Positions 16,490 through 21,355 of a stretch of DNA of 21,355 nucleotides are shown one piece after another. Below the pieces are notes generated by a model. It saw nothing but the letters and a program-made list of their open reading frames with translations. It ran no database searches and was not told the DNA's origin. Position numbers and translations under genes: made by a program. The stretch's first letter is position 1; every line of letters begins with the position of its first letter. This DNA is from a virus: the IMG/VR virus record IMGVR_UViG_3300039412_000320; one strand, given 5' to 3'.

Positions 16490-16789
16490 TTACTTCTTCG
16501 GTGCTGAGGGGGCGGGCTTGGCTGGCTTCGTCGCCCGAGGTGTGTAGCTCAGCCCCAGTGCCGTTATTTGTGCCATGCACTCGGCGTTGCCCGCCGCACT
16601 GGTAACAAACCCCGTGGTGGTACCGTCCGTGGGGTCGGAGCAGAATAGGGATTGCGCCGTCTTGGTCGTGCCTGCCGCCTCAAACAAAGCTTGGACCTTC
16701 TTGGAGGCAGGGTCATAGGCCATCCTCCAGCACTTGTAGCTGGGGCTTACATTGACTGTCATCGTCTCGGTCGTGGTTGGTGAGGGCAT
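16490..16789 (-). CDS. Hypothetical protein (possible small virion protein)
   Basis: AAAGGAG RBS, Thr/Ala/Pro-rich, candidate late motif upstream. Confidence 0.75.
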   Translation of the reverse strand: MPSPTTTETMTVNVSPSYKCWRMAYDPASKKVQALFEAAGTTKTAQSLFCSDPTDGTTTGFVTSAAGNAECMAQITALGLSYTPRATKPAKPAPSAPKK

Positions 16790-16846
16790 CGGGTTTCTCC
16801 TTTAGGTTGACTTTCTCTCTAAGAGAGCCATACATCTATAGTTCCA

Positions 16847-18454
16847 CTAGTTCGTTGTCACGCTCCAGCCGTTGGCAATGAGGGTAGCTTCATCTGCTGT
16901 ATCCGTGGGAGAAGCACTGGTTCCCTCGGAAATATCAAGAAACCCATTGGATACACCATTGGCGACAAGCTCCGATAACAGACCGTTAACCGTATCGAGA
17001 GACAAAGCGCAACCGTTGAAGTCTACGTAGGACAAGGCTGTGCAGCCGGATACGCTTGAGGTAGTAAGTTCGATACAGCTATTGCAGTCAAGGGTTTGGA
17101 GAGCCGTCAGCCCGGTGAAATCCAAAGAAGTAGCGGAGGTGCAGTTATAGCAGTAAAGGGTTTGGAGAGCCGTCAGCCCGGAGAAGTTCAAAGAAGTAGC
17201 GGAGGTACAGCTATTGCAGTAAAGGGTTTGGAGAGCCGTCAGCCCGGAGAAGTTCAAAGAAGTAGCGGAGGTACAGCTATTGCAGTCAAGGTAGGTAAGC
17301 GCCGTCAGCCCGGTGAAATCCAAGGAGGGGACGGAGGTACAGCTACCGCAGTCAAGGGTTTGGAGAGCCGTCAGCCCGGAGAAGTTCAAAGAAGTAGCGG
17401 AGGTACAGCTATCGCAGTCAAGGGTTTGGAGAGCCGTCAGCCCGGTGAAATCCAAGGAGGGGACGGAGGTACAGATATTGCAGTCAAGGTAGGTAAGCGC
17501 CGTCAGCCCGGTGAAATCCAAGGAGGGGACGGAGGTACAGCTATCGCAGTCAAGGTAGGTAAGCGCCGTCAGCCCGGTGAAATCCAAGGAGGGGACGGAG
17601 GTACAGCTATTGCAGTCAAGGTAGGTAAGCGCCGTCAGCCCGGTGAAATCCAAAGAAGTAGCGGAGGTGCAGTTATAGCAGTCAAGGTAGGTAAGCGCCG
17701 TCAGCCCGGTGAAATCCAAGGAGGGGACGGGATTGTTGTAAAAGACTAACCCTGTAAGGCTGGAAAGTCCAGTCACGTTGAGAAACGTCAGGTTCGCTTC
17801 CGATACGTCAAGAAACCCTGTTCCGTTCCCTGCGAATGACACGGTATATAGCCCAAGACTTCCATAAGTATAGGCATAGGTCGGACCGTCGTCGGTAGGT
17901 CCGCCTGTGGCGAGGGGTTCCAGCATCGGTATGCTTCCGTCTCCGGGGTCAAAAACAATGACGGGAAGGTTGTTCTGGGTAAATCCAAAATCACCAGTAA
18001 AATAGACAGGAATCCTGTAGCCGAACCCGAAGCTTGTGGAGCCCAACCCTATGATAAAACTGAACTGCTGGGCATTAGGCCATGTTGAATTCTGCCATTG
18101 CCCCAAGGTCGGGTTCCAGATGTAAAGCCCCGGCAGAACTCCTGTAGTAAGCAGCGCTTGTTGACCTTCCACGCCGAGGTCGGGCAGGGAGGTGACGATG
18201 GACAACGGTCCCACAGTCTCGTTCGTCGGTGCAGCCGCCACGATACCGTTGTCCAGCCAGTATTGCACGGTCAAAGGGGGGACTTGTATGTCCCCGAGAT
18301 AATCTTGGCTACGGTAGAGGTGGGCTATTCCCCCGTCTTCATTGGGGTCGAAAGACAGGATGTCGTTAACCAAGACATACTGCTGCACAGGCGTCTGGTA
18401 CACGGTGTCGAACCGTATAGCATTAAACGGTTTGAGAACTTGATAATTGGGCAA
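16847..18454 (-). CDS. Leucine-rich-repeat protein, probably virion-displayed (fibre-like module, PKD-like segment, LRR array, cap)
   Basis: Ten 22-aa units L(D/N)F(T/S)GLTAL(TY/QT)L(D/Y)CxxCTS(VP/AT)S, with FDPGDG...YTY...G.YTVSF before them and a C-terminal cap ending GWSVTTN. TTG start with weak RBS. Confidence 0.85.
   Translation of the reverse strand: MPNYQVLKPFNAIRFDTVYQTPVQQYVLVNDILSFDPNEDGGIAHLYRSQDYLGDIQVPPLTVQYWLDNGIVAAAPTNETVGPLSIVTSLPDLGVEGQQALLTTGVLPGLYIWNPTLGQWQNSTWPNAQQFSFIIGLGSTSFGFGYRIPVYFTGDFGFTQNNLPVIVFDPGDGSIPMLEPLATGGPTDDGPTYAYTYGSLGLYTVSFAGNGTGFLDVSEANLTFLNVTGLSSLTGLVFYNNPVPSLDFTGLTALTYLDCYNCTSATSLDFTGLTALTYLDCNSCTSVPSLDFTGLTALTYLDCDSCTSVPSLDFTGLTALTYLDCNICTSVPSLDFTGLTALQTLDCDSCTSATSLNFSGLTALQTLDCGSCTSVPSLDFTGLTALTYLDCNSCTSATSLNFSGLTALQTLYCNSCTSATSLNFSGLTALQTLYCYNCTSATSLDFTGLTALQTLDCNSCIELTTSSVSGCTALSYVDFNGCALSLDTVNGLLSELVANGVSNGFLDISEGTSASPTDTADEATLIANGWSVTTN
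17074..17730. repeat. Tandem array of ten 66-bp units (coding LRR)
   Basis: Invariant core GCCGTCAGCCCGG recurs every 66 bp with short alternative blocks on either side. Confidence 0.97.
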
Positions 18455-18455
18455 G

Positions 18456-18767
18456 TTAGTGCTCTTTCAATTCCAAAATGTTGTGGACGACTACCCCGGC
18501 ATACAGAGCGTCAAGGACCCCCAGCGCCCATGCCGCTGCCATCGGATACCCGCAAAGGAGAATCCCGGCTCCCAAGGCGGCACACAGTCCCTTGGCGGCA
18601 ACAATCCCCCCGTTGGTCCCGAGCCGCTTGATAATCAAACCCGTGACAGGGTCCCCCTCTTTTAATCCCGGAGTGGACAGGGCAAGCTTGGTAGTGATGC
18701 CATCCCCCGCCTGCAAGGCAAAGTAAGTTATGAATAACAAATAAGAAAGGCCCACAATATCCTCCAT
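18456..18767 (-). CDS. Small membrane protein, DUF5658-like
   Basis: About three hydrophobic segments with LQAGDGITT...G.KEGDP...K signature. Confidence 0.7.
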   Translation of the reverse strand: MEDIVGLSYLLFITYFALQAGDGITTKLALSTPGLKEGDPVTGLIIKRLGTNGGIVAAKGLCAALGAGILLCGYPMAAAWALGVLDALYAGVVVHNILELKEH

Positions 18768-18798
18768 TTATAGAATCAGAAAGTTAGTTGTTTTGCCA

Positions 18799-20385
18799 TC
18801 AAGTTCCCACCGGAATCACCACAATAAGATACGGTCCGTTTATGGGAGGGGTGTCATTTCCAATAGCGGCATCCTGAAAAGGAAAGGACGGAACATTGCC
18901 CTGCCCGGCAGAGAAGCATCGGGAGTTGGTGGTAAAAGTGGCAGAGTATAACTGGGTATAAAAGGATGGGGAGATGTTATGGGTGGTGCTCGAATCCAAG
19001 ATGTCGTCCATGACCAGCACCACGGAGCTACTGCTGACGTTTATGACCGGGGTGTTACCATTCGTGTCTAAGTTTCCATAAGATACGGCTGGCGTGCCAG
19101 CGCCAGCTATCTCGCTAAGAACGAACCACCCCTTGTAGTAGGGGCCAGTGGGGATGCTCACGGTAAGGCTGGCGCTGTCCCCCGCCTGTGCCGTTCTCGT
19201 CCACACTAGCGCCCGATTGTTGTTGTATCCAACTGTCGGAAAAGTCTCATCTAGTATACTGGTGTATCCCGGCATGTCATAGACGGGATGCCCACTACTT
19301 ATATCCGTCCCAAGGCTTTCAAGGACCATAAGGCTTCCGGGGGCGGGGGCGGAAGGGAGGGTAATGGTGAAGGAGTTGTGGCCCATCGCCGTCACTACAT
19401 CAATAGACTATGCCAAACCTACGATGGTTATCAGCACATTCTCCGTGGTTACGATGTTCCCCGAGGAGTCGTATGCTATGCATGTTACTACCGTACTTAC
19501 TGAAAAACCATCCACAAATTCGTAAATTCCTGAACCGTTAGTGTTTATCAGGGTGGGAGCGCCCTCGATACTCACCGCTGCCACATTGTTGCTACTCCAC
19601 AGGATATAGACCGGTGTACCCGCTGTGGTGGTGGAAGGCACCGCCGTAAAAGTAGCCCACGCCGGAAGAGAGGTATCTCCCTCAGTACTGTAAGAAGCAA
19701 AGAGAGCAAATCCCGGCAAATCAAACAGTTCCGTGCCCCTCTGGCTCAAAACAAGTTGGATGAGGTTGATGTTTGATGAGTTGTAGGTGGTATCCCCACT
19801 ATACGCTGCCGTGATGAGGTGAGTGCCCGTGGACAGGGTGGAGATGGGTCCGTAAGAGGTTGCCCCGGCAACCAAAGAGAGCGTCTGCGGGGGGAAGCCA
19901 CTCAGGCTGTCGGTCAACGTAATCGTTCCCGTAGGTGTCCCGGATGACCCGGTCACTGTGATGTTAAAAGTGACCGCATCTCCGTACCGGGAAGGGTTTT
20001 CCGTGCTAAGAAGGGTGAGAGTGGGGACCGCCTTGGACTCCACGTTTTGGGTCAAAAAATTACTGCTACCAGCAAAGCTGTAGCTTCCAAAGGAGTACTG
20101 GTCCACGGTCTGTCCGACCGTCTGCACCCCTGAATTGTAGTTTACATCCCCGCTGTAAGTGGCGGTGATGGTGTGGGAGTTGACGGTAAGAATGCTATCG
20201 GTAAATAGGGCCGCTCCACTGGCGAGCGTCACCATCCCCATGGTCCCATCCAGATTGGATGAGAAGGTCACCGTGCCTGTGGGCGTTCCGGCACCGCCGC
20301 TTATCGTGACGACAAACTGCACCGTCTCTCCCGAATAAGAAGTGGACGGGGTATTGACTAGCAGGATTGTGGGGGTAGAGGGCAT
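18799..20385 (-). CDS. Ig-like (2 x Big_3 plus further beta domains) protein, 528 aa if the in-frame TAG at 19408-19410 is read through
   Basis: Big_3 signatures NPS.YG..VTF...TPTGTVTF...H.ITA.YSGD..Y. ORF-track pieces 19408-20385 and 18799-19395 are in the same frame, separated by TAG plus 4 codons, with no RBS for the downstream piece. Confidence 0.7.
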
Positions 20386-21355
20386 TAGGCACCTCCCCCG
20401 TATGTTGCTGTGATGGTGTGATAGTCAATGGCAAGAGCGGTAGTGCTATAGGATGTCGCTCCACTCGATAGGGGAAGAGTCTGAGGGGAGAAACTACCCA
20501 CGTCGTCGGTCAATACCACATTGCCCAAGGGGTATCCGGCTCCCCCGAAAACTTGCACCACCACGTAAGGAACTTCCGTGCCTGAACCCACACTGATATT
20601 TGCCGTAACCGCAGAGTTGGGAACCATGCCAAGGTAAGCGGCGGAGTCGGCGTTCAACCATAGAGGTTTAGCATATCCACTGGGTAACCAATTGGTTAAA
20701 TTACCCCAGCCTGCGGTACGGAAGAAACAGACAATTGCCAGTCCCGGACCTCCGGGCAAAACCGGAGTGGTGAGCAGGCTGTTACCGGGGCTGACATAGG
20801 TGCTGACCACGGTGCCTGCCGCCGCCCATATGACGGGTGTTCCGGCAAGTTCAATCATGTAATAGTCGTTGGCTGCGCCGTTATCATTGCTATCCGGCTT
20901 CGTGAAAGTCCACACCTTACCGTCATCTGATTCTACGATGTGCGTCCCCACCGTGGCGTTGGCATTACCGTTCCAAAAACTGCCGAGACAATCAAACTCC
21001 ACAGGTAAGACGGAGGGGGAGTTTCCGTGGTTCACTCCTCCGATAGCCAGCATGATGTTGCCTATCGTGGGGAAATTCGACAAGGTTACCGTGACGGTTG
21101 TATCCCCGCCGTTGCTACTGGAGGATTGCACGACTGCGGGGGCAACGGGAGCAACCGTTATGTCGAATTCAACGTTATCTCCGAAAAACGATGGGTTGAG
21201 GGTGCTGCTGACGGCGGTTGTAGAGTTGAAATCCAAGCTGCTTTCAACCTGTTGTTCAAGGGTCGAAGACATGGGAGCGTAGGTACCGTCTCCACTATAA
21301 GCCGCCGTTATGCTATGAGCGCCTGCGGTGAGTGAGCTTACTACACAAGAGGCTA
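20385..21355 (-). CDS. Ig-like (Big_3) domain protein, 5'-partial (runs off the window)
   Basis: The frame is open upstream of ATG 21272 to the edge (ASCVVSSLTAGAHSITAAYSGDGTYAPM = end of a Big_3 domain). TAATG coupling to the next gene. Confidence 0.85.
   Translation of the reverse strand, partial: ASCVVSSLTAGAHSITAAYSGDGTYAPMSSTLEQQVESSLDFNSTTAVSSTLNPSFFGDNVEFDITVAPVAPAVVQSSSSNGGDTTVTVTLSNFPTIGNIMLAIGGVNHGNSPSVLPVEFDCLGSFWNGNANATVGTHIVESDDGKVWTFTKPDSNDNGAANDYYMIELAGTPVIWAAAGTVVSTYVSPGNSLLTTPVLPGGPGLAIVCFFRTAGWGNLTNWLPSGYAKPLWLNADSAAYLGMVPNSAVTANISVGSGTEVPYVVVQVFGGAGYPLGNVVLTDDVGSFSPQTLPLSSGATSYSTTALAIDYHTITATYGGGA

Noticed and set aside
17074-17730. 66-bp periodic array as a CRISPR array
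   Set aside because: There are no unique spacers. The whole unit repeats, is a multiple of 3 and encodes in-frame LRRs.
17096-17749. 217-aa plus-strand repetitive ORF
   Set aside because: It is the antisense shadow of the LRR array, open only because the repeat unit lacks a stop, and has no RBS.
191-20385. Complete genome-wide TAG-to-Gln reassignment (full code 15)
   Set aside because: Long genes contain no TAG, and TAG at 5676 and 16847 behaves as a real stop, since readthrough would run into the convergent gene or the next promoter. Only sparse or conditional readthrough is supportable.
1-21355. tRNA, rRNA, integrase/att site, reverse transcriptase, or intrinsic terminators
   Set aside because: No cloverleaf or T-loop motif, RT or recombinase motif, or convincing GC stem plus U-tract was found by eye. 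The intergenic gaps are very short.

Overview
This is a 21.4-kb segment of a large (probably jumbo) tailed phage genome. A minus-strand, late/structural-type region encodes a terminase large subunit split by two tandem class-3 (WCT-motif) LAGLIDADG inteins, Ig-like (Big_3) proteins, a protein with a 10 x 66-bp leucine-rich-repeat array, a secreted PEGA-type protein and several unknowns. It is interrupted by a mostly plus-strand block (5111-10425) of small GC-rich genes plus a WGR-fused ATP-dependent DNA ligase, driven by a repeated TGGTATACT extended -10 promoter. Four AT-rich free-standing homing endonucleases (2 HNH-type, 2 GIY-YIG) are interspersed. The most notable signal is three genes (8831-9121, 9481-9771, 18799-20385) that each read as one protein across a single in-frame TAG, while TAG still appears to end other genes. 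This suggests sparse or conditional amber recoding or suppression that the supplied ORF track misses. Also notable are the Ala1/Leu1 twin paralogous inteins 27 codons apart, combinatorially shuffled LRR units, recoded AT-rich patches in conserved terminase motifs, and a candidate phage-specific late promoter motif. No tRNA, rRNA or CRISPR array was seen. All family assignments come from motif recognition by eye; no database search was run.
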